Of a stretch of 64,000 bases of DNA, positions 1 to 14,036 are shown piece after piece. The position numbers and the translations under genes are program-made. Within the stretch, counting starts at the first letter, position 1. The number at the start of each line of letters is the position of its first letter. The notes beneath the pieces are model-generated. The model was not told where the DNA came from. It worked only from the letters and a program-made list of their open reading frames with translations, and made no database searches. The stretch comes from Octopus vulgaris (taxonomy: Eukaryota): NCBI GenBank assembly GCA_951406725.2, contig OX597819.1:95728001-95792000 (forward strand). The letters are read 5' to 3'.

Positions 1-649
1 TTACTGTCAAAAAATAATTTCGCAATTTTAAAACAATTTAATACAATGTAACCCTTTAAATCCATCTATGTAAATCTTATTTTTAAGCATTATTTTGAAT
101 TTTTTGTTTTGCATGGTAGCTTTGGATATGATTGTGTATGGATGCTCTTCTTACAGTTCTGATAATATTATCTGGTGTGTTTATCATGGGACTTCCATGA
201 AAAAGGCTTTCTTATTGAACTAGAAACAGTCTTTGTTGTACATAATTTTATTTTGGAATGTCTCATATTGTACATGTCTGGTCTTGTATAAGTCATTTAT
301 TATTACAGAAATCAAATGTCTTCCTTTAAAATTAAAATGGTTTGTCGAAGGAGGTAGTCAGTTGGCAGAATTGTTAGAGCATTAAATATGACTCAAATAA
401 TTAGGAAGAGAATCTAGATGAGATACAGTTTGATTTTGTACTAGGAAATAATACTGCTGATGACCTTTTCTTGGTGAGGTAATGCTGGAGAAATATTTAG
501 TTAAAAGTAAGCTTCTAATTAGCATTCAACTTGGCATTTCTCAACTTTGAGAAAGCCTCTACTTCCATTCAGCTGAGGGGCTCTTTACTTTTACAAATTA
601 CCTTGGACTTCACTGATGTTGGTACTGCACACAATCAAATACACACAGT

Positions 650-820
650 ACATTTTGTAAAGTAATTGGTATTAGGAAGGGCATCCAGCCATAGAAACCA
701 TGCCAAAACTTTGACACTGGAGCAAGATGTAGTACCCAAACTTATTAGATCATATCAGATTGTCCAACCCATGCTAGCATGGAATGTAGGTATGAAATAA
801 TGATGATGATTATGATGATG
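650..820 (+). mobile_element. RTE 3'-end copy
   Basis: aggaagggcatccagcc...ccaacccatgctagcatgg...(atg)n shared with the 57181 end. Confidence 0.85.
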
Positions 821-959
821 ACAACAATAACTAATGTTGTTGTGTAGGTTTTCAAAAATAAAATATTCCATATCCACCTTGGAGTGTATCAAGCATATTT
901 TTATCCAATTAGTTGGAAACCTTTAGAGCCCTTATGTAATAACTCTTGAAGTTCATGGG

Positions 960-1520
960 AATTAATCCAATGATTATGCAAGAGATATTTAAAACCAAAA
1001 AGAAGGGATTACATTCAGAAATTTATCAGTCAAGTCTGGCAAGATTAAAGTTTTAGTCAGTCATAGAATCTCTTCAGTGAAAAGGGAAGTAGCCATATTT
1101 GGTTGACAGTAATTAAATTTCCCACAAACAATTTAGAAAATTCCAGACAAGGAAGCCACAGGTCAGTTTATAGATTAGATAACCTGGGTTTAATTAAATC
1201 TTTGTATATAATTAATTATAGAGTAACACAAGTTTTGCTTGTGATTAAAATATGATGAGGGACCTGTTGCCTTTACTGATAAAAAGTAAATTCAGTATTT
1301 GCATAATCTTAATGTTGTAAGAGAGGTGTGTAGAGAAAGAATATTTATCTTTGGATGTGTCATGGGAATCTGTTACACTGAGTTTAAATAAGTTGGAAAG
1401 GAATTATTTTAATGGACAGGATGATGGATAAGAGAAAGGAAATCGTAATTGTTTCAGCTTATGATATGTATGGTGATGATGATGATGGCTTTTTTAGAAA
1501 TTTGCTTGTGGACAGTGTAT
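960..1520 (+). mobile_element. Very old RTE endonuclease-region remnant
   Basis: Degenerate NFRK...H.V.Y-like and Q.RLLV.D-like segments comparable to the APE end of the young copy. Confidence 0.4.
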
Positions 1521-2279
1521 AAATCAAATGTGACACAAGAAAGTTCTCTAGATTATTGAGTCTCTGATAGAAATCTGAGTAGAAAACACTTCAGTTTTTC
1601 TTCTTGGTCATTCTCTCCAACACCTTTAAAATAGTTTAGTCTTCCCCTTCTCCAACTAACATCAACTTTCTAAGAAACTACTTTATCTTTTCTCTACAGG
1701 TTTTCTTTTTTAATACCAGGTTTCAGTTTTCAATTAAAACACATTTTAGATTGTTTATCATTTTCTGATCATTCACTATAGAATAATGTGGTTTGGCACA
1801 ATCCAACCTAAATTTGTATTTAACTCAGTGTGCAGCTGATTTTTTTAAAGATAAAATTTTTTGTCAATTTTTCTTATGTGCTTAAGCCTTTATTGATCCC
1901 TCATTCTACCATTAAAATTCCCTCCTATGGTGATAATGTCTTTGCTATCTATCTTTATGGTATTCGTTAATGACAGAATATATCACTTTCTTTATCAGTC
2001 AATCTGTACTGGAATATAATTTTAAAAAACAACAAAAATAGCACAATCTACTGAAAGGCATCTTTGATGGTGCTGGTGTTGATGCTGATATTAAAATGTT
2101 GTCTAAGTTAACTTTATAAGTGATTGAGCCCCTATACATAACTCATAGGTCAGAAATGTGATTATGAAGTTTTATGAAAATCAAATTGTAGTTTCATATT
2201 AAAGTTCATTATTTAGTGTAATTCTTATTAAGACAATCTCATCTTTATTATCAGTATATAGTTGTAAGATTTAGGTGTG

Positions 2280-3545
2280 AAAATATATAAAATACTTTAA
2301 AGATGATGCAGTATCATTGTCAACTGCTACAAGTGCAAAGAAGTTGCACTGGACAGAAGTTACAGAGCCATCAGTTTGGTGGAGCAGGTTATGAATGTAC
2401 TGAAAAGCTTATTGCACAACTGATTTGGAAGAGAATTAGTCTAGTTGAGTTGCAGTTCAACCTTTTACTATTGATGCTTTTTTCCTAATGAAACAACTGC
2501 AAGGAAAGTACCACTGTACTTTGCATTTCTCAATGCAGAAAAGGCCTTTGGTAGAGTACCACTCTTTGTAATCTGGTGAATGATTTATGAGGTCCATGCT
2601 GGTCATGTACATAAGTGCAGACAAAAAGGAAATAGTTAACAATGAGTACAGTAATGAATTTAGTTAGCAGGTAGGTTTTCACCAAGTCACAGTTCTTTAG
2701 ACCATTATAAAGGCTGTGCATGGGAACATCTATATGCAGGTGACCTAGTTGTTATGGCTGCATCTGTAGCAGAATTAGAGTAGAAATTCCAGACATGTAA
2801 GCAAAACCTAAAAATCAAGATGCCTCCAAATAAACTTAGCAAAAAGTAAAATATTACCAAGTGGGAAAGAAGTCAGAACTCTGCTGCTGTCAGGAAAAGG
2901 ACCTTGCTCATTATGTAGAAAAGTAGCAAGTAGAAATTCCAGTCAGTGTACCCAATGTAAACAAAGACAGACAATTAGTGTGCTGGAATCAGAAGTAGGC
3001 TAACAGGAAGACAGACTTCATATGTAGTAGATCGTCCGGAGCATTAAGTACTAGAAGCATATGCAAAACAGATTTTTCACATGCTTTAATGGTTTTCTAA
3101 AAGTAATTGATAGCTTTTATTAGGTGACCTAATTAGCAATGAGCATAGTAGCCAGAATAAGAAGGGGCTGCAAGAATTTCTAGGAGCTATTACCTCTGCT
3201 GGTAACAAAAGGTCTCTCTCAGAATATAAAGGAAATTATATGATGCCTGTGAATAAACTGAAATGCTGCATGATTGTGAGACATGGGCACTGAATGCAAA
3301 GGATTTGCAAAAGCTTTACTGGATGTGTAATGTTAGTGTATATGTCTGACAAATGAGTTGAGAGACAAGTTTTATATAAGAAGAATCAGATGTAACATAC
3401 AGGAAAAAAGACTACTGGTATGGGCATATGATGTATATGGAAGAAGACAGTGGTATAAAGAAATATAGTACACAAATTGGATGGAACATATGAATTAGTG
3501 AGTACCAAGAAGACATGAAATGAAATGGTAAAGACAGATCTCGGG
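2280..3545 (+). mobile_element. Old decayed copy of the PHD-containing RTE family (RT to C-terminus)
   Basis: Frameshifted remnants GCAWEHLYAGDLVV, PCSLCRKVASRNSSQCTQCK, ELLPLLVTKGLS, YDAC, ETWAL, WYGHM, collinear with the 58156 ORF. Confidence 0.8.
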
Positions 3546-6129
3546 AAGGAGATGCCAATGTTCCTATTGAGTCTACATCTGCTGCGTGCCTCACCTTGTG
3601 ATACCCTCTCATCTCACTATCACTTACCTTCTATTCACTCACCTTCTCTTCATTGTACTATGCTCTCTTTAAAGGGATAACATTGGACCTGTTCAACCCT
3701 CTCATCTCTTTGATACTCACCCTTCCTCCTCTAACTGTTCCATGTCGTTGTCTAATGAGAGATGATATGGGACTTACGTGTACTCAGTACTCTGCCATCA
3801 TTCTATATCCAATACACATAATTATTACTTTTTTCTCAATCTTCCTTCTCTCCTCCTTTCCTACATCCTCACTTCAATTTCTGTGTCTCTATCATCACAC
3901 ACTTGTTTCCTTCACTCACATATTCTGGCTTTCTTCTGTTTCCGTTCCATCTGCTATTTTCCTTCTCAGTCACATTGCCTTGAGAGAAAAGAAACATCAT
4001 AAAGCAATGAGGATATTCTGGTCTTACAAGGCATAAAGCAACCACACAAGTGTTGGTGCTTTAATGAAATGCACCCAGTACACCCTGTAAACTAATTGAG
4101 TGAAGAGAGCAACAGGTTGAGAAGACTATCTATTTTTGTCAAGAGCATGACAACCTCTCTAGATTGCCATAACCTTCCTGATAGTAACCACTCTGTAAAG
4201 TAGTTACGGTTGGGAAGGACATCTAGCTGCAAAATTCTAGTAAAAATTAAATGTATGAGCAAAATGTGGTTCTCCAACCTGATTAGGAGGGCACTGACTT
4301 CAAATAAGAACTCAGACCATAGAAACTGAATAAATTATGAAGATAATAATGACAAAGACAATGACTCTGTAGTAGTTATTAAAGGTGATTTAACTCTCAC
4401 ATTTGAGAAAATTCAGATTTATGTCAAGGTTATCTCATTGACTTGAAAATACATTTATAAATCCCATATGTGAGAAATATTTAAAATTTTATTCTTGTTA
4501 ATTGCAACTCTTAATTTATTGCTGCTTATATGGACTTGGTTGACAAGGTTATTCTGAAACAAATCTGAAGTAATGATTACTTTGTTAGCAGCTTATTAAA
4601 AAATATAGATATTGAATTATCACTTGTAAGGCAAATTATTATCACATTTTGTTCAGATTCATAGTTTTTCAGATGTAATTTTTTAAAATTGTTAAACAAT
4701 ATGGTAATTCTAAGTATGTTTTCCAAAATTTTATCTTACTCTTCCATAATTCCAACAGGCTATTAGTGTGTGTGTGTGTGAGGGGGGGGGGGGGTGACAA
4801 AAGGAAAAAGACTTTTGAATCTGTTATCTAGTATATGTTTTAAATTCTTTTCATATCTTTTATCATTCTCTCACTTTCAATGGGGAAAAGTATAAAAATT
4901 ACCAAAAAAAAAAAAAAAGAAAAAAGATTAGAAGTTGAAATGAACATAATAAGGAAATATGAAAGACTTTAAACTTAATTATATTATTGCTGAGACTGCT
5001 GTATAAACTTATTTTGGAAGACAGAAAACGGAGAAAAAATATATTTGTTCAAGCCAACTGAATTTCTTTTCCTCTATTATGTTGATATTCTTGACAGCTC
5101 TCTTTTCTTTGAATAGCTGTGATTAATTAATAATTATATGATAAAAAAAAAAAACATTGTTTGCTCCTTGTAGTTCTTTGTCAATTGAAATAATTTTTGT
5201 CCTATTTTTTTAAAGCCATCTCTAAAAATCTGACATCAATTCTCTTTCTTCCTTTTAATTGCAAAAGCAAAACAAAATTTTTTTTCAGAATGTAAAAAAC
5301 AGAAACTCTAGAAAGACTGATTTGAAAATAGAACATTGATAATGAGCAACATTTTCTTCAATATTGATCTATTTATATTTTGATTTAGTAGAGATATAAT
5401 TGCACCTTCTTGGTGTGAGATCCAAACAACCTGTTTGTCTTTTCCCTTTTAATTCTATTTTGATGTTCTAGATAAAAAGCACTGTCAGACATAGTATAAA
5501 TTTTCATTAATAATTTTAAGATGGTTTTGATTTTATGGCTGGCCAAAAAATAGGCAGTCTGGTAACCTTTGAGGAGTTGTTGCATTATAAAAACTATTTT
5601 CTTTCATGTTTTAGATGCATAAAAATATAAATTCTTTTCACTTGAAGAGGTTTTTGCCAGGGGATAAAAGTGTGAGGAGGATTGAACGAAGAGTTTAGCG
5701 TAGTGCCCAAGGAGTGAGACACTGGGGAAGATGAAGAGAAGAGAGGTGAGAGCAATGAGTTTAGGTAGGTTGTATATGGATTCAGCTTGAGTGGAGTAAA
5801 GATTATTATAATAGCAAAGGAAAAGACAGATGAAGAACCAGGCTCTTTTGTAGCTGAGTAGTGTCGAATGATAACAGTGTTTCATTTTCCAATATGGTCA
5901 ATAATACTAGTGTATAGTGGTGGCATCAATGAGATATGTGATGTGTATTCCATTATGTAATAAAATCAATTTCTAAAGCTATCCAAGAGAAACCACTGAA
6001 AAACATAGCAAGCTTTTGTGAAATTGACAGAAAACAAATTGCAAATATATACTAAAAAACTGGTTTCCATGTATATAAATTATATAACTATTAATAATTG
6101 CTTCATGTTTGTAGCACATTTTTCCACAA

Positions 6130-6875
6130 AATATTTGACAAACAATTAGGTTGGAATTGTGTACCCAATGTAAACTATGGATACATAAGAAGTGTAGTGG
6201 AATAGCAAAGAAAGACTTCATATATGGTTAGTGCACAGGTATAGTTAGCAGTAAGAGCACTGTTGGTATAAATTCTTTCAGATGATCAGAAAGCCCAATA
6301 GAAGTAGCCAGTAGCTTCTCTTACCTATCTGGCCTAATTATCAGTGGAGATGAGTGCTCCAAAACCATAGCCAGAGTAAAAAGAAATAAGCTATAAAAAT
6401 ATTTTTGAGACAATGGAAGTTCTTTCTCTGAGTGAAGTATAGACTGATTGTAGGATGCTTATTTATGAAGTGTAATGTTACGTGGTACCAAAACATGGGC
6501 ACTAAATGCAAAGGATTAATGAAGGCTAACATGGAACAAGATGAGCATGTTCCTCAGGATATCTGTCAGCATGCATAAATAATGGAATACAAATAAACCG
6601 AGGAAAAAAAATCTAGTATAAAAAGAATCAGATGTAGTGAGCAAGAAACAAGCCTGCACTTTTATAGACATGTGATATATATGGAGGATTACAATTGGCT
6701 AGCCAAGTGGTCAAAGTGGTAGGAACCACAGAAAAGGAAAACATAGGTAAAAGCAGAGAAAGATGATCTCAGGATGATGAACCTGACTAATATTATGACA
6801 AAGGAAAGATATTTGAAGAAGACCTGTACAACCCATACAAGTGTGGAAAATTGGATGGAAAATGACAATGACAAT
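6130..6875 (+). mobile_element. Old decayed RTE 3' half
   Basis: CTQCKLWIHKKCSG zinc-finger remnant and downstream C-terminal remnants. Confidence 0.7.
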
Positions 6876-8977
6876 TATCTAAATTTCTAGATTATAAAAA
6901 TATGTTGGAAAACTTGTCATTATCATTTTAATGTCCACATTCTCACAATCTCATGGGTCCAATGGAATGTGTTGAAGTAAACTTTTTTTTATGACTGGAC
7001 GCCTTTCCTGTCACCAACTTCTGTATCCAAGCAAGGTAATATTTTCCTATAGCTGGACATCTTTTCATAAAATATTGGAAATGAATTGTGTAATGATGAT
7101 ACTTGCTTACAATTATCATGTGATGTCAAGAGAGGGAGACACAAATACATGCAAACACACACATGTAAGAGACTTTTTTCAGTTTCCATGTACTATATCC
7201 TCTGATAAGGCTTTGGCTGTAGTAGAAGATACTTGCCCAAAGTACCAAGCAGTGGGACTGAAACTGAAGCCATCTGGTTCCAGAAATTTCTTAGCCATAC
7301 AGCCATGTCTGTGCCTAACCATACCTGCATCTGATTAGACAATTAAATGTCAGTACATTATATAGTTCAGTGTCAATAGTTTTGTATAGAATGCTGGATA
7401 AGTTTTGAATTTACCTTCAATGAAAAGTGACTGAATTTTAGGTTCATGCAAAAATATAATACTCTAAATAACAATATGGAATTGATGTTTAAAGTTGTCT
7501 TCTTTAACTGCATGTAGAACTTTTCTTGCTTTCTTGCATATATTTCTAGTTATCAGTACAATGAAACATTCCAACTACTTTGTGCTTCTGAAGCTGATTG
7601 TTTATGTTTATAAATAATTTATAGTTAACTTTTTGATGGAGATAAGTACTTCATTTTTAGAAATAAGATTAGTTGTACAAATTTTAAAAATGTATTTTGT
7701 TTGAATGCCATTATTTTGTTATTATCTTCTAAAAATAATCATTCTTGGAAAGAAATTAATGAATATAAAGCACCCTTTTGGAGTGTTACAAGAAAAAAAA
7801 TTTTAAGAAATATGAAATTATAGTGTTGACAAGTTATTAATGACATGAGTGTAAAAAAGAATGAGAAAGAAAACAATTTTAAGTGGCATTATGATTTTAT
7901 TGTTTTGAAAAAGAGATTCAGAATATTTATGTGAATGTGTGTATGTCTATTTGCGGGATGGGGGGCACTACTTTTTTAACTATTTCATAGAAAAAGCACA
8001 GCCTACAAAGCAAAGCTGAAAGAAATGATTTGTTGAGCAAAGTGAGGCTCCTCCCACTATTATGTCATGTGTTCTGACTTTAATTCATTTCAAAACTAAT
8101 TTCTCTTTAGATTTTTTAAAAGTTATGGAATTTCCTGCTGGTATGTTTATTAAAATAAACATTATTTTCATAAATAGAAAATTTTTTTCTCTTTTTTACC
8201 TCATCATTTTATTTTTCTGGCTGCAGGGTGAGGTGGGTAATTAATATTTCTATTTTATTTATATATTGTTTTAGAGAATTATACTTGTGAAACAAATAAT
8301 TCTGAAATATTTTTATAGCATCCCGTGTTGATATAGATTTTGAATTCTAAAAAAATACCGTAGTAAAATCTATTAAAATTAATTCTACTTAATTGCAGAT
8401 CATATAATTATATAATTTAGTTTTAATTGCATAACTTTTCAAAACACCAAACTATTTTGATTCAAATCTATGTAAAATTGATCAGTTGATTGGTTGATTA
8501 CATATGCAAATTATATCAATTTCAGTTAATTACATATGATTGTTTTTAACAAAAAAAAAATCAATGAAATGTAGCATAATATTTCATGTATATTGAAGTT
8601 GATATGATGAAAATGGTTCTGGAAGCTTCTGTTTCCATGAATTAAAATTGTAATAGTCAGTAATTCTTGTTTACAATCAATTAATGTCTAAAAAGTGAAG
8701 TATATTATTCTTACTATCAAAGCTCAGATCCTGGTGTAATTTATCTTATTTTTAATTCTGCAGTAACATTATCAGTAATTAAATAGCCACTGTAGCCTAA
8801 AACTTATAAAGAAACAGTTTTAAATCAAATGGGAAATGGACATTATTTTGTTATTGATATTATTAATTATATTAGCTTGTGATTAACTTAAATAAAATTT
8901 TCTTACTCTACATAACCTTAGTTATTATCATTGAATAATTCAAATTATGTAGTAAAAAATCATTATTGTGATGTATA

Positions 8978-10264
8978 CAGGTTGTCCCAGAAAGATTTAC
9001 CCATTGGTATTTCTTAATTATTCAAAATAAACTTTAGGTATGATAATGAAATTTGGCACACACGTTCTAATGTTAATTGTCAGTCCATTGCAGTAATTAC
9101 ATTTCAAAATGACCACCTTTTGCTTTGATCATAGCCTGCAAATGAGTGGTCACCGAGTTGCATGAGCACCACATCACCTATTCATCTAGCTTGTCTCATG
9201 AAGGCAGAAGGGCTTTCTTCAGATCTGACACATTTAGATAGGAGTGAGCAGAAACATTACTCTCTAAGAGGGATCAGATAACAAAGTCCATGGGATTGGT
9301 CTGGACTTGAAGGAGGTCTTGTTCCAAAATCCACTGAAATACTCTTTGCACCACCTCTGTGTCAAATTGGATGTGTGTGCCTGAGCCCTGTCTTGAGTGA
9401 AGATGTAACAGTCACCAAAGGTTTCTGTAACCCAGGCTAACACTTTCTCAGCCGACATTTCCACATGAACTTCACTGTTGACCTTGATACAAGCATTGAT
9501 GAAGATCAAAGGAGACTTGGACTCATCAGATGCAACTGCAACCCACACCATGAGTGAAGCTGGCTTCTGACAGTGTAAATGACTCCTGCTACCTTTGGGT
9601 AAGTTTCCTGCATTATGTGCATAAAGCCTGTCATTCTGCCTGTTGGTAACTGCCTCCACAGTGAAGATCTTCTCATTGGACCAGATCAACGCTTTGTTAG
9701 CAATGTGTTTCATCTCAACTAACATGGTTTTACTCCTGTCGAGCCATTTCTTCTTGGAAGCTGCTGAAATTAACTGCCAGGATTATTTCTTGCATGCAAT
9801 TAGCTTTAAATCCTCTTTAAAAATCCTGTGCATTGACAATTTTGAAATATCAAGAGCTTTTGCAGTTTTTCTTGCACTCCTGCAGGGATTTCAGCTCGTT
9901 CACTTCTTCACAGCTTCAACTGTTTGCTTGGTACAAATTAATAATTTCCTACCAGGAATTGGCTTGCTAGAAGTAGTAGTGGACTCTGTTACTGTTTCCA
10001 GGCATTAAATGCTGTTTTACAGCATACACTCAGCTGTTTTGTTATGTGCTTGTTTCTCACTCCAGCTGTTTTCAAAGTGACAATCTAGTCATGTTTTGCT
10101 TTTGATGCCATGTTTGTTTACAAACCTGTTATAGATGAATAAAACAATAGACACATGAACAAAAGACATATACAAATCTTTATATAAAATGTTGATAATA
10201 TTACCTGAACCAATATTCATTAGAAAGAGATTTTAACATGGCTAAATCTTTCTGGGACACCTTG
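8978..10264 (-). mobile_element. Full-length decayed Tc1/mariner-superfamily transposon, DD37D (maT)-like
   Basis: TIRs caggttgtcccagaaagatttaccca / tggctaaatctttctgggacaccttg with TA on both sides; ~1.29 kb. Transposase remnants IWSNEKIF (cf. WSDEK), MVWVAV, FTQDRAQAHT (cf. QDGAPAH) and a frameshifted SSPD.PMDF. Second-to-third D spacing is estimated across a deletion. Confidence 0.88.
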
Positions 10265-10398
10265 TATATATATATCTATCTCTCTATCTATCTGTCTGTC
10301 TGTATGTATGTATGTATGTATGTATGTATGTTAAATGAAATGAGACAAGAAAGCCAAGGCAGTGTGAAATTTCTAGGACATTTATAAAGAGAAAGGTA

Positions 10399-10446
10399 AT
10401 CTTACAGCTGTTTCAAAAGTATAAAGGATATCTCATCATCAGAGAT
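10399..10446 (-). ncRNA. Type I hammerhead motif, same family as 12800, stem II decayed
   Basis: Minus strand ATCT-CTGATGA-T-gagatatcctttatacttt-T-GAA-ACAGCTGT-A-AGAT. Confidence 0.75.
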
Positions 10447-10537
10447 GATAGGAGAGAGTTAAATAGAAGGAAATAGTAGAATTCAATATAAGAAGTTATT
10501 GTGGAAAGGGAGGGATTTAAAAAGTATAAAGAGAATT

Positions 10538-10910
10538 CATCATCGTCGTTTAACGTCGGCTTTCCATTCTAGCATGGGTTGGATGGTTTGACTGTGGGTT
10601 GGTGAACCAGAAAGCTGCACCAGGCTCCAGTCTTGATCTGGCAGAGTTTCTACAGCTGGATGCCCTTCCTAATGCCAACCACTCCGAGAGTGTAGTGAGT
10701 GCTTTTACGTGCCACCGGCACGAGGGCCAGTCAGCCGGTACTGGCAACGACCTCTCTTGAATTTTTTTTACACATGCCAATGGCACAGGTGCCAGTAAGG
10801 TGATGCTAGTAATGATCCCGCTCGAATGGTGCCTCCTACATGCCACCAGCACGGAAGCCAGTTAGCCGCTCTGGCAACGATCACGCTCGGATGGTGCTCT
10901 TAGCACCCTA
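10538..10910 (-). mobile_element. RTE 3'-end copy
   Basis: catcatcgtcgtttaacgtc...ggatgcccttcctaatgccaaccactcc. Confidence 0.9.
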
Positions 10911-12277
10911 CTAAAAATAAAAATATATGTTGGATGTTACAGTGGCATGTACACACAACCCGAGTTAGACTCCTCGCTGATGCTATTATCAAACTGCAGC
11001 CCTTCCATAGCACTTACATAGCCTACTAACTGCGGCACTTACATAGCCTTACCTGCCATTTCTGGATACCAAAACCTCTCATATTATACATATATATGAG
11101 CTAAACTTGGGTAATATTATAGAAGGGAATTGAGAAGTATCATAAAAGAATAAGTTAAATATTTGTCTAAGAAAGAAAAAAAAATATGGACTGGGTGGAC
11201 CATAAGTCTTATGTGTACATAAAGTATATTGTAAGTAACAAAAGTATTCCATAATATAACCCATATGTGTGTGTGTGTGTATTTATATATATATATATAT
11301 ATATACATACACACACATCATGTCTATAGGTGTTAGCAATTATGAACCTTCAGGCCAGTGTTTGAAGATCCACAATTTTTCTCAGGCAAGATTTAGCAGA
11401 GATTTCCTCTTGGCTTTTACTGGTTTATTTACAGTTTACTCACTATTCTCTTGCTCTCCTAAGCTTACAACTAAAGTGCAGAACCTATTTAACCTCTAGA
11501 CTGGAGGATTAATTCTTATGATATCAAGGAATGTCACACTAGCCCATTTGTGTGACACATTTCTAATGACGAACCCTCCACTGAGTCCTGTTTCTTTAGC
11601 CAGAGGACCATCTTCTGCTATTTGATTGATTAGTGGGTCTCTTAATAGGTCCTGCCATCCTGGGCTAGAGAGAACTTAAAAGTAGTGGTGACTATGAGTT
11701 AACTCAATACTCCCCAAAGTACCTGAATTTCTAAGTTGAAGCCTTATCATTGGAGGCAGTTCAGTGCCTTCCCCAGGAATATGTAAGCTAGTCACAATAT
11801 GTTACAACTGATAAACATATAAAAAATATCATAATTTATTGTCTGCTGTGTGAACGGAATTAATTGCATACTCTAGAATTTCAATCACTAAGACTATGTA
11901 ATTAATTGGAACCAACTGTAGTTCTTTCCTTTCAGTTCATTGCTTCTGATCATACAATGAAAACTGTTATAAAATACATGTCTAAATACTGAAAACTATA
12001 AATATGGATGATGGGGGTAGCTAGTAAAGACATGAGACTTGTAAGGAGTGGGCAAGCTGTAAAGTATCTCAAGAAATAAAACTCTGTAAGGAGTGGTAGG
12101 AACATTAAAGACAAAATTGTGAGAGACTGGGTGGGCAGAAATGTATAGCAGCTTGTGACATGAGGTGTGGAAGGGAGTGCTGAAATGATGGATTGGATGT
12201 ATAAACTTCTTCATATATTTATGCACACATATATACATGTGCATGTGCAGACACAAAAGCACTGATATAATATTCTT

Positions 12278-12280
<3 letters not shown>

Positions 12281-12358
<78 letters not shown>
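12281..12358. repeat. (TG)n microsatellite
   Basis: Pure dinucleotide run. Confidence 0.98.
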
Positions 12359-12361
<3 letters not shown>

Positions 12362-12362
<1 letters not shown>

Positions 12363-12522
12363 GGTGCAGGCATGGCTGCATATTAAGAAGTTTGCTTCCT
12401 AACCACATGGTTCTGGGTTCAGTTCCACTGCTTGGCACCTTGGACAAATCTCTTCTATTATAGTCTCAGGTAGACCAAAGCCTTGTAAGTGATTTGGTAC
12501 TCAGAAACTAAAAGAAGCCTGT
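12362..12522 (+). mobile_element. tRNA-derived CORE-type SINE; other copies near 7170-7330(-), 13036-13190(+), 18686-18730(-), 18884-19015(-), 23362-23525(+), 26122-26255(-), 46080-46198(-), 46360-46505(+)
   Basis: Recurring ggttc(t)gggttcagttccactg...ggcaccttgggcaagtgtcttc...gaaactgaaagaagccc followed by (TG)n or (TA)n. Confidence 0.8.
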
Positions 12523-12799
12523 TGTGTGTTTGTGTGTGCATGTGTGTGCATGTGTGTGTGTTTGTGTGTGTGTTAAATAAAATAAGACAACAAAGCCAAG
12601 GCAGTGTGAACTTTTAAGAACATTTATAAAAAGACATTTACTAGAAGGAAATAGTAGAGTTCAATATAAGAAGCAACTTCAACATCCAAAATATATTTTT
12701 ATTCTCATATTTTCCTTTAAACTTCCTGTGTCCTTCCATTTCTGAAATAACTTCTTATATTGAACTCTACTATTTCCTTCTATTTAACTCTCTCATATC

Positions 12800-12847
12800 G
12801 TCTCTGATGATGGGATATCTTTTATATCCCTGAAACAATTGTAAGGC
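12800..12847 (+). ncRNA. Type I hammerhead ribozyme motif, core intact
   Basis: GTCT-CTGATGA-T-GGGATAT(ctttt)ATATCCC-T-GAA-ACAATTGT-A-AGGC: 7-bp stem II, palindromic stem III, GUA triplet, 4-bp stem I with one G-U. Confidence 0.82.
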
Positions 12848-12942
12848 TACCTTGATTCATTTGACTAAAATTATTGAAGGTGGCATCCCTCTATGGATAC
12901 AGTGTTATGACAAAAACAAGTAAAAGACAGAATAAAGATAAT

Positions 12943-12981
<39 letters not shown>

Positions 12982-13788
12982 TGTATTTACTCACATATAC
13001 ACAGCTATATACATGCAAAAGTAGGTGTGTCTGTGAGGCACAGGCATGGGTGTGAGGTGTATGAAGTTTGCTTCCCAACCACATAGTTTCAGGTTCAGGA
13101 TCAGTTCCACTGCATGGCTGCCTTGGGCAAGTGTCTTTTATTATAACCTTGTGAGTGGATTTTGAAGATAGAAACTGAAAGAAGCCCATTGTGTGTGTGT
13201 GCATGTGTGTGTATGTAGCAGGGATTCAAATTCTCAACCAGTAGATAATTGATCAGCCACCACGAGCAAACCACCATAGTTTCACATTATTGGTCCATTA
13301 ATCAACCAGTTAGCATGAGACTGTGGCATGACATGGTTTTCTCAAATGTTCTAAAATTTGGCTTACAGTCTCCGATAAAAACTGTTCGATATGCAGTTTA
13401 GAGCACAGACAGCCAAGGCCTAGGTCACCACAGTGATTTGCACTGTTGATTTTGTATATTTTGGAGCAACCGCATGTTGTCATATAGATAGCTTTCTATA
13501 ATTTAGCAGTCTGTCTCCCAGTCAACAAATATTTGTTGGTCATTGTAAATAGCCAACAATGTCTTTTATGTCTGGTAATAAATACTCAGTTAATTGTTTG
13601 CAGGTCGGCTTCACTTATTATTCATGCAGCCAACAAAATATATCTTCATTGACCAGCTCAGCTCACACAACAAGCAACTGGTGACGTGTGTGTGTGCATG
13701 TGTGTGTGTGTGGGGGGGGCGTGTGTGAGTGAGTCACCATCATGCAAGTGGTGTCTTTCATCTACAATCTTCTGTGAAAACATATCTA

Positions 13789-14036
13789 TCAGGTCATCCC
13801 ATAAGTTCTGTCCGATTTTACCTTTTTTAAAATTGAATGAAATTTAATAGTACTTTAGAATGTCTAATGGAATTAAAAATTATTTTTATGCATTTGTGTA
13901 CATTTAAACTAATTAAATATTATTTTACAGAATAATAGAATTGATTAAAACCCTTTCTAACATGGAAGTATCCAAAGAGCATTTGAGGCACATAATGCTT
14001 TATGAGTACAAAATAGGAAACTCTGCAGTCGAAGCT
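13789..14036 (+). mobile_element. Mariner 5' fragment (TIR + transposase N-terminus)
   Basis: tcaggtcatcccataagt TIR-like start resembling the 39741 element; MEVSKEHLRHIMLYEYKIGNSAVEA is a mariner-type N-terminus. Confidence 0.75.
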
